Positions 20,708 through 31,200 of a stretch of DNA of 47,434 nt are shown one piece after another. Location of the stretch: contig JBDRWW010000009.1 in NCBI GenBank assembly GCA_039802605.1, positions 1 to 47,434 of the forward strand. The letters run 5' to 3'. This stretch comes from a candidate division WOR-3 bacterium. Lineage in GTDB: Bacteria > Hydrothermota > Hydrothermia > LBFQ01. The notes under the pieces were generated by a model. That model saw nothing but the letters and a program-made list of their open reading frames with translations, was not told where the DNA came from and ran no database searches. The stretch's first letter is position 1, and every line of letters begins with the position of its first letter. Position numbers and translations under genes: made by a program.

Positions 20708-21751
20708 TTATAAGGTTGGAAGGTAGAACCATACGAAAAACCTCTTTATTCTTATTGAATTGGGTTTATCGCCATAACCCGCCGTTAATGTAAATCTACC
20801 CAATCTTATACCACCCTCAAACCAATAACCAACCTTTACCGTATCGTGTAAAAATGAAAACTTGGGATACTCCCCTATGTTGGGTTCCCTATAAACCCCA
20901 TTATACCTACCCCTACCAAAAGCCCCTACCCCAAATGTGAATATCCCATAGTTTATTCCGAGGTTTGCATGGGCGTAATCCGAACCGTAAATGAAACTTT
21001 CGTATAAGGCATCCCAAACCTTTCTGTTTGCATATACAAAGGCTGGAACCCAAAGAAAATCCCCAAAAAGCCTTCCATTAAAGGATACCCTCAAAGCGAA
21101 TTTATGCGGAACCGTATCCCACCAAGAGGGTAGGTATTGTATATCGTCTATTAAAAGTTGAACCCTTAGGTTTTTAACCCTACTTTCCAAAAGCCAAATT
21201 ACATTAACCTCCCTACCTTTCAACCACTGGTATAGATATCCCGGGAATAAGGGGTTTAATATCGCCATATCCGGGAAAGAACCCAAAGAAGACCAAACAA
21301 CGAGCTCGTAAAAGGCGATGTTTTTATACTCTAAACCCTTTAACAGTATATACCTGCTTACAACATCGCCCGGATGAATTTCTTTATTAGCCGGATTGAA
21401 ATAATACATGCTATCGGATATCCAGTTTTTACCCGAGAACAAGCCGTAAATCAACTTAACTTTATCATCCAAAGCATAATGCAATTTCAAGCCGTCTAAG
21501 CCCTTCGAATACGAGTTTATAAGCAAACTACCCGTATCAAGGGGTATAAACCTGCCGAGGTGAAGGTTTATAAGCTCATTACTCCAATTAATATACAGCC
21601 CGTAGAAATCGAACTTAACCCATTTTGACCAGAAATATGGTACATCCTTTGAGAAATCCCCGAAATAATATGCCGGTTGTATATGAAAAAGCCCATAACT
21701 CAAACCCAAGCCCAAATAACCCCCAGAGGATAAGAAGGGATATAGGGTCAA
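20708..21751 (-). CDS. Putative outer-membrane beta-barrel protein (capsule assembly Wzi-like)
   Basis: Aromatic/Gly-rich beta strands, LGR....SLL.N, LNP....Y, LIDD. Start assigned to TTG 21751, which overlaps the suhB stop (TTGA). Confidence 0.5.
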   Translation of the reverse strand: MTLYPFLSSGGYLGLGLSYGLFHIQPAYYFGDFSKDVPYFWSKWVKFDFYGLYINWSNELINLHLGRFIPLDTGSLLINSYSKGLDGLKLHYALDDKVKLIYGLFSGKNWISDSMYYFNPANKEIHPGDVVSRYILLKGLEYKNIAFYELVVWSSLGSFPDMAILNPLFPGYLYQWLKGREVNVIWLLESRVKNLRVQLLIDDIQYLPSWWDTVPHKFALRVSFNGRLFGDFLWVPAFVYANRKVWDALYESFIYGSDYAHANLGINYGIFTFGVGAFGRGRYNGVYREPNIGEYPKFSFLHDTVKVGYWFEGGIRLGRFTLTAGYGDKPNSIRIKRFFVWFYLPTL

Positions 21752-22527
21752 ACTTCTGATTTGAACAGCCTTACGAGTTCCGCGTGGAGATTCTTTTTTG
21801 CGGTTAATATTGTTAAGGAGTTTATGTTCCAATCGTTTCCGTGTATGTCCGTCAATATTGCACCGGCCTCTCTAACTATTACCGCACCGGCCGCCGTATC
21901 CCAAGGTTTCAAACCAAACTCCCAAAAGCCGTCAAACATTCCATAAGCGACCATAGCCAAGTCATAGGCTGCGCTTCCCATCCTTCTAACGGCCATGGCC
22001 CTTTTAAGCACCTTCCTTAAACCCTCTATGTATGGATCCACCAATTCGGGGTTTCCGTGGGGAAATCCCGTTGCTATAAAAGATTTTTCCAAACCTTCAC
22101 CGTCATCAAGCACTAATCTCTTACCATTACAATACGCGCCAAAACCCTCCGATGCCCAAAATGTTAAATCCTTGGTGGGAATGTGTATAACACCCATTAC
22201 GGGTTTCCCGTTTTCCAATAGGGCAACCGATACCGCAAATACATCCAAACCCTTTGCGAAATTCTTCGTTCCATCAAGCGGATCAACCATCCAACTCAAA
22301 CCCCCTATTTTACCACCTCCTTCCTCACCAAAAAAAGATATATCCGGAAACTCTTTGGTTAGAAAACCCCTTAAAAATTCTTCCGATTCCTTATCCGCAT
22401 CGGTAACTATATCCCTTAAACCCTTTTCTTCCACCTTCAAGTTCTTACCGAAGTGCTTTAAGAGTATTTTCCCGGCCTCTTTTGAAGCGTATATTACGGA
22501 TTTTAGCAGGTCCCTTTCTACCGTCAT
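21748..22527 (-). CDS. suhB: Inositol monophosphatase family protein
   Basis: VTDAD..SE, GEE, DPLDGTKNF, RRMGSAA, WDTAAG. Confidence 0.92.
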   Translation of the reverse strand: MTVERDLLKSVIYASKEAGKILLKHFGKNLKVEEKGLRDIVTDADKESEEFLRGFLTKEFPDISFFGEEGGGKIGGLSWMVDPLDGTKNFAKGLDVFAVSVALLENGKPVMGVIHIPTKDLTFWASEGFGAYCNGKRLVLDDGEGLEKSFIATGFPHGNPELVDPYIEGLRKVLKRAMAVRRMGSAAYDLAMVAYGMFDGFWEFGLKPWDTAAGAVIVREAGAILTDIHGNDWNINSLTILTAKKNLHAELVRLFKSEV

Positions 22528-22763
22528 TTTTCAACCTCCTTTTTAATCCTCTGGATTATCCTGGCGGCGACGCTTAAAGCAAATGCCCTGATTATGCTTT
22601 TATCCGTACCCTTTACTATTTCCTCATGGCTTGCCAAAAAACATTCTTCAACCAAATCGTCTAAGGTTATTAGGGGCATTTCCCTTTTGGCTATTGACTT
22701 GTAGATTTTTGAAAAGGTATCGTATTCCTCCCTAAAAATCTCGTCTATAATTTTTTTATCCAA
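22524..22763 (-). CDS. Hypothetical small helical protein
   Basis: 79-aa ORF filling the gap between the tRNA and suhB; ATGA overlap and GGAGG SD for suhB at its end. Confidence 0.6.
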   Translation of the reverse strand: MDKKIIDEIFREEYDTFSKIYKSIAKREMPLITLDDLVEECFLASHEEIVKGTDKSIIRAFALSVAARIIQRIKKEVEK

Positions 22764-22764
22764 A

Positions 22765-22838
<74 letters not shown>

Positions 22839-22888
22839 CTTTAAGTAGGTATTATAAGGCGGATAAATCGGCCTTAAAATATCGGCTT

Positions 22889-23227
22889 ATGTATGCGATA
22901 TTGTTAATTATTTATTTTATCTTGGTTTTGGTTTTGATAGCGGTAATACTCATTCAGGAACCCAGAACGAGTGGGGGTTTGGGAATAGCATTTGGGGGAG
23001 GCGTTGAAAATGTCTTGGGCGTAAAGTCTGCACCCACATTTTTCACAAACTTGACCATAGGATTGGGCGTAGCCTTCGGTTTGCTGGCATTTATATTATC
23101 CCTTATGTCGGGAACTCCCAGGGTTTCATCCGTTGTTGAAAGGGAGGCGGGTAAAGGTACCATATACAAGGTTTTGCAAGAGGTTCAAGGGGTAGGACAG
23201 CCCACACAACAAACACCACAAAGGTAA
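22889..23227 (+). CDS. secG: Preprotein translocase subunit SecG
   Basis: TM1-ILIQ...GGLG.AFGGG....LG......F..LT-TM2. Confidence 0.92.
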   Translation: MYAILLIIYFILVLVLIAVILIQEPRTSGGLGIAFGGGVENVLGVKSAPTFFTNLTIGLGVAFGLLAFILSLMSGTPRVSSVVEREAGKGTIYKVLQEVQGVGQPTQQTPQR

Positions 23228-23228
23228 T

Positions 23229-24293
23229 TTGCCAAAATTTGGATTTTTCACAAACATACCAACCCCCCATAAGGTTTATCTTTTTAACCTTTTAAACGAA
23301 AGATTAAAGGGGGAAATAATCTTTTACTTCTTATCAAAAACAACGAAAAAGAGGAGTGTTTGGGAAGATTCTTTAAAGGATGCAAATTTTCCCTATGAAA
23401 TACTTGAAAGCATAGTTTTTCGGGTAAATTTTGGTGATGAGGGTTATTGGTTTTTCCCAAAAAGATTACCCGATATAAAAAGGTTCAAAAAAGTCGTAAT
23501 AAGTGGGGGATTAACGCCATTGGAGTTGTTTTTGGCTTTTAAATGCGTTGCAAACGGGGTGCCATATATAGTTTGGTCGGAGGCCATTGACCTTTTTGGG
23601 GGTAATATCCTTTTGAGGGCTTTAAGGGTACCCATAAGATTCTCAATATTTTCCCTTGCGGAATGTGTGGTTTGTGGCTCACATATGGCCGAAAAGCATG
23701 CTAGGACATTGGGCGCAAAGAGAACTATAATAAATTACACCACTACAAACCTAAACGCGTTTTTATACGACAAAAAACACTCGGGAAGTTGTCTAAACAT
23801 AATATACCTAGGTAGGTTGATAAAAAGGAAAGGGGTTGATACTTTAATAAAGGCGGTTAACGGCTTAAATTGGGTAAAATTGTACATAGTGGGGGATGGA
23901 GAAGAAAAGGAAAACTTAGAAACTTTGGCCAAGAGGTTAAATATAAATGTGGAGTTTATAAACTGGAAGGATTACAATGATATTCCGAGGTTTCTCAGGA
24001 AATTTGATATTTTGGTTTTACCCTCAGAAAATGAAGTGTTTGGGTATGTGGTTTTAGAATCCTTGGCTTCGGGTGTTCTGCCAATAACTTCCGATGGTGT
24101 GGGCTCAAAGGATTTGCTAAACGATTTCCTTATTTTTAAAGTCGGGGATTATATCGCGTTGAGGAATAGGATTACAGGCCTAAAAGATCCCAAACTCAGA
24201 AATAAACTTATAAATGAACTCAAAGAAAAAGCTTTAAGGTATGCATCCCCTGAGGTTTGGGCGGATAAATTTTTTGAAATTCTAACAAGTTAA
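23229..24293 (+). CDS. Glycosyltransferase family 4
   Basis: GRL..RKG, GDG, PS..E.FG.V.LE.LASG. Confidence 0.9.
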   Translation: MPKFGFFTNIPTPHKVYLFNLLNERLKGEIIFYFLSKTTKKRSVWEDSLKDANFPYEILESIVFRVNFGDEGYWFFPKRLPDIKRFKKVVISGGLTPLELFLAFKCVANGVPYIVWSEAIDLFGGNILLRALRVPIRFSIFSLAECVVCGSHMAEKHARTLGAKRTIINYTTTNLNAFLYDKKHSGSCLNIIYLGRLIKRKGVDTLIKAVNGLNWVKLYIVGDGEEKENLETLAKRLNINVEFINWKDYNDIPRFLRKFDILVLPSENEVFGYVVLESLASGVLPITSDGVGSKDLLNDFLIFKVGDYIALRNRITGLKDPKLRNKLINELKEKALRYASPEVWADKFFEILTS

Positions 24294-26128
24294 ACACCCA
24301 CTTGGAGGTTGTATAGATTATAGTATATGCCCTTTTTAGCCATCAACTCGCTGTGGGTTCCCATTTCAACCACCCTTCCGTTGTGAAGAACCACTATTTT
24401 ATCCGCTATAACCGCCGTTGTTAACCTGTGGGCTACAATTATCATAGTTTTTTGGACAAACATTTCTTTTAGTATCCTTTGAATTTTTAGTTCGGTTAAG
24501 GCATCTATGTTGCTCGTGGCCTCGTCAAAAATAATAATGGGTCTGTTAAACGCCAAGGCCCTTGCGATCGCAACAAGTTGCTTTTCACCGCTTGAAAGTT
24601 GTGTATAATCCTTATTCAATAGGTGCGTTATCCCTAACTCTTTCAAAATATTTTCGTAATCAATATCGTATCCCAGTGTTATGTTGTTCTTCAAAGTATC
24701 CGCAAAAACCGTCAATTCCTGCATAACCGGGGCAAACAACGACCTTAAAAGCCTTTTATCCCATTTTCTGGTATCCATTCCGAAAACCTCAACACTTCCC
24801 TCCGTAGGAACATAAAATCCCATCATTAAATTAAGTAGCGTAGTCTTTCCCGAACCCGTTCTACCCACAAGGGCAATCTTTTCCCCAACCTTTATATCCA
24901 AATTTATACCCAAAACGGCATATTTTTCGCCATCATATGAAAACGAAACATTGTTAAACTTTATAACCGAATCCGTATCCATATGGGAACCCTCCCCAGA
25001 AAAGGTTTCCTCTTTTTCCGATAGAAAAGCTACAACCTTTTCGTATCCCGCAACGGATGATTGAATATTTTGAAGTCTTTGGCTGAATTCACTAATGGGT
25101 TGGAACAACATATCAACATAACTCAAAAACGCCACAAGGCTTCCAAATGTTATTTCGTTTTTTAATATCCCACCCGCCGAATACCATATTATTATGGCAA
25201 TTGCTATATAACTCATTAGGGAAATTAAAGGCAAAAATACGCCAAAGATATAAACCACCCTCATGTAAGCCTTATATAGATCTTCGTTTATCCTTTGAAA
25301 CCTCTTACCCATCTCAAAAAATACGCCCAAATTTTGAATGAGTTTAAGTCCCCAAACGCTTTCTTGAATGAATGCGTTAAGCCTTGCTATCAGATTCCTT
25401 ATATTTGCCCAAGCACGCGAAACTATTACGCTAAAAGCATAGGAGAATACCAAAACCAAGGGTATTAAAGACAAAACTATAAGGGTTAATTTTGCGCTTA
25501 TGTTAAACATAAACCCCAAGGCTATAAAAAACATCAATATATCCTTAAACATTACCAAAAATCCTTCGGAATAAGCCTGGGCTATGGATGATACATCGTT
25601 TGTTAGCCTTGTTAATACAACACCCAAAGGGGTTTTGTTAAAATAAGAAATGGGTAACTTTAAGGCGTGTTCAAATGTCTCCATCCTAATATCGTGCGAT
25701 ATTTCCTGGGCTACCTTGTTTCCCAAATATGTCCATCCATAAGAGGACATAAACCTTATCAACAAGAGTGTAATTAGTATAAGGAACATAATCCTTATTC
25801 GGTTTAGATCTTCTTCTCGCAAAGAAACTATTTGATCGTAAGGCAATGAAAACAAACTGTCGGAGAGGATATACCCCTTTGGAGTTTTATAATACCTCTC
25901 GGGATAAACCCTTTCCCCTATCTCCCATTTTGGTATCTTAGTTATATCCACAAATTCCCCCGTTTTTTTATCTCTGGCATACTTGGGTAATATATAGTTG
26001 TCTATGGTGTGCCTTACCACTTGGGGTATTGAAACCTCAACAATGGAAGAAATCATAAGCAAATGCATGGCGAGTAAAAAGGCCTTCCAATACCTTCCAA
26101 CCCTTTTAAAAAGCCCTAAGACGATCAT
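24290..26128 (-). CDS. ABC exporter, fused permease/ATP-binding subunit
   Basis: TM domain, GRTGSGKT, LSSGEKQ, DEATS, AHRL. Start moved from 26167 to ATG 26128. Confidence 0.92.
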   Translation of the reverse strand: MIVLGLFKRVGRYWKAFLLAMHLLMISSIVEVSIPQVVRHTIDNYILPKYARDKKTGEFVDITKIPKWEIGERVYPERYYKTPKGYILSDSLFSLPYDQIVSLREEDLNRIRIMFLILITLLLIRFMSSYGWTYLGNKVAQEISHDIRMETFEHALKLPISYFNKTPLGVVLTRLTNDVSSIAQAYSEGFLVMFKDILMFFIALGFMFNISAKLTLIVLSLIPLVLVFSYAFSVIVSRAWANIRNLIARLNAFIQESVWGLKLIQNLGVFFEMGKRFQRINEDLYKAYMRVVYIFGVFLPLISLMSYIAIAIIIWYSAGGILKNEITFGSLVAFLSYVDMLFQPISEFSQRLQNIQSSVAGYEKVVAFLSEKEETFSGEGSHMDTDSVIKFNNVSFSYDGEKYAVLGINLDIKVGEKIALVGRTGSGKTTLLNLMMGFYVPTEGSVEVFGMDTRKWDKRLLRSLFAPVMQELTVFADTLKNNITLGYDIDYENILKELGITHLLNKDYTQLSSGEKQLVAIARALAFNRPIIIFDEATSNIDALTELKIQRILKEMFVQKTMIIVAHRLTTAVIADKIVVLHNGRVVEMGTHSELMAKKGIYYNLYNLQVGV

Positions 26129-26195
26129 TTGTGAATATAATAAATGTATGCAAGTACAAATATCCAAAAAACGGCATAAGCCAATATTACATATA

Positions 26196-26540
26196 TCATC
26201 TCAGTATTATCTTTGGTATTTCCTCAAAGTATGGGGAAAACTGTTCCAAAGTATCAACCAACTTACCCCCATCAACATCGTATATACTACCCGCAAGGTT
26301 CCAAGAACCCGGATTACACCTCTGTAGCCTATCGGAAGCCATAAGGATTCCCCAAAATCCGTATTTTTCAACGGCCTTCCTCCCAAACCTTGAACAAGAA
26401 ATATCATGCCTGAAATTGCAAACATCGGGCTGAATATCGGATAGGAATATCTGATAAACCCTTATTATCCCCCAGCTCAAAGTTTTTATAGGGTTAAAAA
26501 ACAGGTCGTTTGGTATTCCCAGGATAATCCAAAACATCAC
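26196..26540 (-). CDS. yidD: Membrane protein insertion efficiency factor YidD-like
   Basis: I..YQ..LS.....C.F...CS......KYG...G......RL.RC.P. Confidence 0.8.
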   Translation of the reverse strand: MMFWIILGIPNDLFFNPIKTLSWGIIRVYQIFLSDIQPDVCNFRHDISCSRFGRKAVEKYGFWGILMASDRLQRCNPGSWNLAGSIYDVDGGKLVDTLEQFSPYFEEIPKIILR

Positions 26541-26563
26541 GCCGGTATTCTAAGGTTGTATGA

Positions 26564-28270
26564 TTATTTGCACATCTTGGTGAAATTTTTATAAAAATCG
26601 CGATAATCTTTATCAATGTATTTCCAAACATCCCTTAATATCTCCTTTGCATTGCCATCCCCGGAAACACAGGATATTATGGACAGGTGAAGCAAAACTT
26701 CCGGATCTATACGGTTGCTTTTCATATATGTTTCCGCGGCCTCTTTCACCATATTTTTGCCCTCCTCAACGTTTCCCAAAAGAAAATATATCCAACCCCT
26801 TGAATCCAAAATATATTCGTTTTTGCAGAGTTTGTAAGCCCTGTCTATAAGGACTTTTGCCGTATCAAGTTTATAGTTTAGTAAGGCCATTGTATAAGCC
26901 CAATTGTTTAAAACGGACGCGAGATTGCAATCGCTCAATTTAAAACCCATCCTTTGAACGATATTGTAATACATAGCATATATGCTGTCCGGCTGTTTAA
27001 GGCGCAGATAGATATCCCCCAATTCAAACCAATAACCCAAACTATCCGGATAATAAAGGGTTAGGTTTTTTAAAGTTTTCTTGGCATTTTCCAAATCCTT
27101 TAAACCTTTAAAGTAATAATACGCTTCTAACAACAACGATATATTTTTAAGGTCAATATCAACAAGTTCGGAATAGTATTTAACCGCCATCCGTTTATTT
27201 CCGGATTTACGGTAATACCTTGCGAATACGAGTTTCCCCACGGGATCTTTTTTGTCCTTCTCCCGTAAATAATAGCCAAACTTACGGGGATTTTCTTCAA
27301 CACCTGAAAGGAGCAATAAATAGGCCAACCTGTAATCGTCATCATCTGTTTTGAGTTCAAAGGCCCTCCTGGCGTGCTTTAAAGCCATTATTGTATCCCC
27401 GAGCCTTAAAAAGGCATGGGTTAAAATATTTCTAACCTGTGGATCATCACCTCCAATCGCCAAGAGTTCCCCGAGCTCCCTTATTCCCTCTTTAACCTTG
27501 TCCAAAGATTTGCTCATAATAAGCGCATATCCCCAATACACATTTGGCCTTGAAAATCCTATGTCATCGTACATACCGGCAAGGAAGGTTAAGGCCTCAT
27601 CCCCATCCCTTCTTGCCAAAAGATATGCTATTTTAAACCCCAATAAAGTATCCTTTTGGATCTCGTAAGCCTTTTGGTAATATTCAAGGGCTTGTTGGTA
27701 ATTCCTATTCTTTTCAAAACATATGCCCATTGCAAGAAATGCCCGCCTCCTTTCATAGTTATCGTCAATTTCTTCAAGGGAGAAGTTTTTAAGCGCCTCT
27801 AAGGAGGAATCGCACATTCCGAGTTTAGCGTATATTATTGCCAAGTTTTTATAAGCGGTCTTATATCCCATTTTTGCGGATTTGAGATAAAACTCCTTTG
27901 CCTCCTTCAACATCCCATAATTCTCGTATATTTCCCCGACAAAGTTCAAAACCCTTGGAATTGTCTCAAATTTTTTGATATGCCTTTTTATAAATCCCTT
28001 CAAATTTTTCTTTGGCATTTTTGAAGATACGATTTTATAATAAAGGTATGTTTCCCAAACCTTTGCATCCCTTGTTCCCACCTTCACGGTATTTTCCAAA
28101 AAAGCATAAACATCCCAACCAAAACGACGGTATATATCCAGTTTAAGGCTATCGGGAAGGGAATCTTCGTAAGCCTTGTAAAGTTTAGCCGCGCTGTCGG
28201 GGGAATTTTGATAAATCAAAAGTATCTTTATATATATGTCTTCAAAAGCCACGATAAGGATAGGCATCAT
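26564..28270 (-). CDS. Tetratricopeptide-repeat protein, probably periplasmic
   Basis: Multiple TPRs; C-terminal LNN.AY......L..A.....A.....LDSRGW motif. Confidence 0.8.
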   Translation of the reverse strand: MMPILIVAFEDIYIKILLIYQNSPDSAAKLYKAYEDSLPDSLKLDIYRRFGWDVYAFLENTVKVGTRDAKVWETYLYYKIVSSKMPKKNLKGFIKRHIKKFETIPRVLNFVGEIYENYGMLKEAKEFYLKSAKMGYKTAYKNLAIIYAKLGMCDSSLEALKNFSLEEIDDNYERRRAFLAMGICFEKNRNYQQALEYYQKAYEIQKDTLLGFKIAYLLARRDGDEALTFLAGMYDDIGFSRPNVYWGYALIMSKSLDKVKEGIRELGELLAIGGDDPQVRNILTHAFLRLGDTIMALKHARRAFELKTDDDDYRLAYLLLLSGVEENPRKFGYYLREKDKKDPVGKLVFARYYRKSGNKRMAVKYYSELVDIDLKNISLLLEAYYYFKGLKDLENAKKTLKNLTLYYPDSLGYWFELGDIYLRLKQPDSIYAMYYNIVQRMGFKLSDCNLASVLNNWAYTMALLNYKLDTAKVLIDRAYKLCKNEYILDSRGWIYFLLGNVEEGKNMVKEAAETYMKSNRIDPEVLLHLSIISCVSGDGNAKEILRDVWKYIDKDYRDFYKNFTKMCK

Positions 28271-31200
28271 ATTATAAACTTCTTGATTTTTACATTCTTC
28301 CCCTTAACCTTTAAGAAATAAACCCCTCGTTTCAATCCGGGTTTAAAGACTTGTTTTCCTTTGGGAAGTCTAATATCAACAAGCCTCCTACCGGTTATAT
28401 CGTAGATTTCCAAATCAACACCATTTGAAATGACGGTTATTAAACCGTTTTTCCCGATGATTATTTCCAAGTTTTCCCCTTGTTGGGATGAGATTAAAGT
28501 TGAGGCATTGGTATCCGGCATTTCTATCGAGGGAAAACCCGAATTCCATCTATTCCCCCTAACCATAGGCCACCTTATACTTCCGGTAATCCCCAAGTTC
28601 CAACCGTAAAACTTATTCCCATTGGTGGCCGCAAACATTTCCATATCTCCATCCTCATCAATATCGTAAACGAGCGTACCCCCATTGACAACCTCCTCCC
28701 TATACCTATCGCCATGCCCCAAGTTTATAGGGAAACCCATAATATCTAAAAACGCACCGAGGGCGTGGAGTTTGCTCCTAGCATCGCTGAAAATGGCCTC
28801 ATCTCTCCCGTCGCCATTCAAATCCCCCGCAACGATTAGCCTACCACCCGAATTGGGTTCCGATGTTTGCATGTATAACAATGTTCCGTCCAACCTTCTA
28901 ACCTCAAAGAAGTAGCTCCCCAAAAGCCCTATATCCACAACCCCATCCCCATCCCAGTCCAAGGTTATAGGTACATCAAAGTTTGAAATGTGGTTAAACA
29001 CAACCGTATCTATAACATTTCCAAACCTATCCAATATTACCGTTGTATTTCCCCCATCAACTATTATGTCAAGATAACCATCGCCATTGACATCGTAAAG
29101 CCTTGTACCGCGATATAAAACCCGTGAAAGTTTTTTTGGAAATCCAGCCTTATTGTTGCAATTGGTGTTAATGGCATAAACGGTATCGTTTGATAAGAAA
29201 ACGAGTTCCCAAGTCCCATCCCTATCCAAATCACCGGCGGACATATAATCATCCCTCCACTGATACGAACCGCATGAGTTTATAAGGCCCCCGCTGCCGT
29301 TGAGGAAGTATATATTCGGTCCGGCTCTAAATGCTATAGCCGGTACCCTACCCCCCCTGTAAAGTCCCAAAACCACCGGGCCGGTGGGAGCATTCGGGAG
29401 GTTATATTTCCATAGAAAATTACCGTTATGGTCTAATGCTATAATACCGGGATTAGTCCCCGATATTCCAAAAACCACTTCCATATACCTATCCCCGTTT
29501 ATATCGCCCACGGCCGGGGGTGCGGATATTTCGGTTAGATCGGGGAATGTATCAACATCGTATTTCCATAATAAATTGCCCATATGGTCAAAGGCAAAAA
29601 TTGTGTTGTAAAGGGAGGAGAAAACAACCTCGTACTCGGGTGATACCCTATCCAATTGGGCGGCCAGGGGTATTGTCCTGTGGAGGGTATATAAAACATC
29701 CTTGGGGGCAAACCTCCTTTCCGGATTTGGCCTGTTGCAAACGGTGGGGCTTGGTATCCCAACGACCCCATCCTTTACCGGTACAACACGGTAGCAATGG
29801 ACACCGTTATCGCTTAGCATATCCCTTATGAAAGACCAGTTTCCGGGAACTATATCAACAATAGAGGTATCCCTAAGGATTATATAACCGTTTGCGGAAC
29901 CGCTCCAAACAACCTTTATATGCTTATCACCCGGCTCTAATGAAATTATTGGGGGATAAATTGTGGAACTGGGGAGTACAATTCTCGGATAAATGGTATC
30001 ACCGTAATCGTTATAAATCTTTAATCGTAGAGGTATTCCCCCGCTATATGTACCGGAAAGTATAACCTTAAAGGATGTGTCGGAATACCTTAATGGGGGG
30101 AGATTCGTATATACTCCCGGGGAAACCATTGTGAATGGGCCAGAATATAATTCTGCGAAAACGCTATCGGAAGGACCCCCACCCTCGTTATAAACCAAAA
30201 GTTTCAAGGTTATACTACCCCCGCTCGTATCAATGTATGCCCCAACAAACTTTAATTTCGGGCCTTTCCCCATAATCGTAAAGGTATCCCTTAAAGTATC
30301 ACATCCGGAACAACCGTAAATTAAAATACCCGTAACGGAGGAGTAGCCGGCGAATTTACTTATATTTATGTTTAGGTTAAACGGTACGGAATCGCCCGGA
30401 TTTATATCCGGCAAAACCGTGGAGTCGGTATCGGAATTGTGTATTCCAACAAACTTTATAAACGGTGAAATGGCGGTAAATGATGAGGGATTTTTTAAAT
30501 AACCGCTTAGAATAGCAGGGGTTCCGGCATATTCGGATGATATACCCAAACCTTTAAGGGATAGAATGGGTGGCAATGAGGATATGTATAATGTTTCTAT
30601 TTTTGGCAAATATCCAAAGGCGTTTATGCCCACCAATACGGGTTTGTCGTTTCTTATGTTTAACTTGGCGGTTAAACCTCCGGAAGGACTCACACTATCC
30701 CTTAGAATTTCAACACCACCCTGAACGGCAACAACTAAGGAATTTGATGGGGCACCGGAGATATACAATGTATCGTTGCTTATAAAAACAGTTGGGGACA
30801 TGGTATAGGGTTGGGTTTTATAAACAAGTGTGGCGGGATCCCCTATAAGACCATAACTTACGGCTTCATAAACATACGTTTCAATATAACCCAAAGACGC
30901 GGCATAGGTTTTGGCATAAAAGTCTATCAAGCCGGCGTAAAACCCAGAGGAATCGTTATACGCATCTTCAAGGCCATTGCCAACGAGGTTAATACCCACG
31001 GATGGGGCGCTTTCCTTCTGGGGACCATAAGATACTATACTTTTACCCTCCTTAAAAAGCATTGCCCCTATGGAGTTATTGTTGGGGGAATTCACCAAAC
31101 AACCCGTATGCAACCATACAACCGGTGTAGAATCGCTACGAATTCTGAAAATATCGTTATATGTGAAAACCACGGTGGTTGAATCTATATTAACGAGAAA

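Noticed and set aside
21995..22546. 183-aa plus-strand ORF (also 44726-45295 and many short antisense or nested ORFs)
   Set aside because: These lie within well-supported genes on the opposite strand or in another frame, with no independent evidence.
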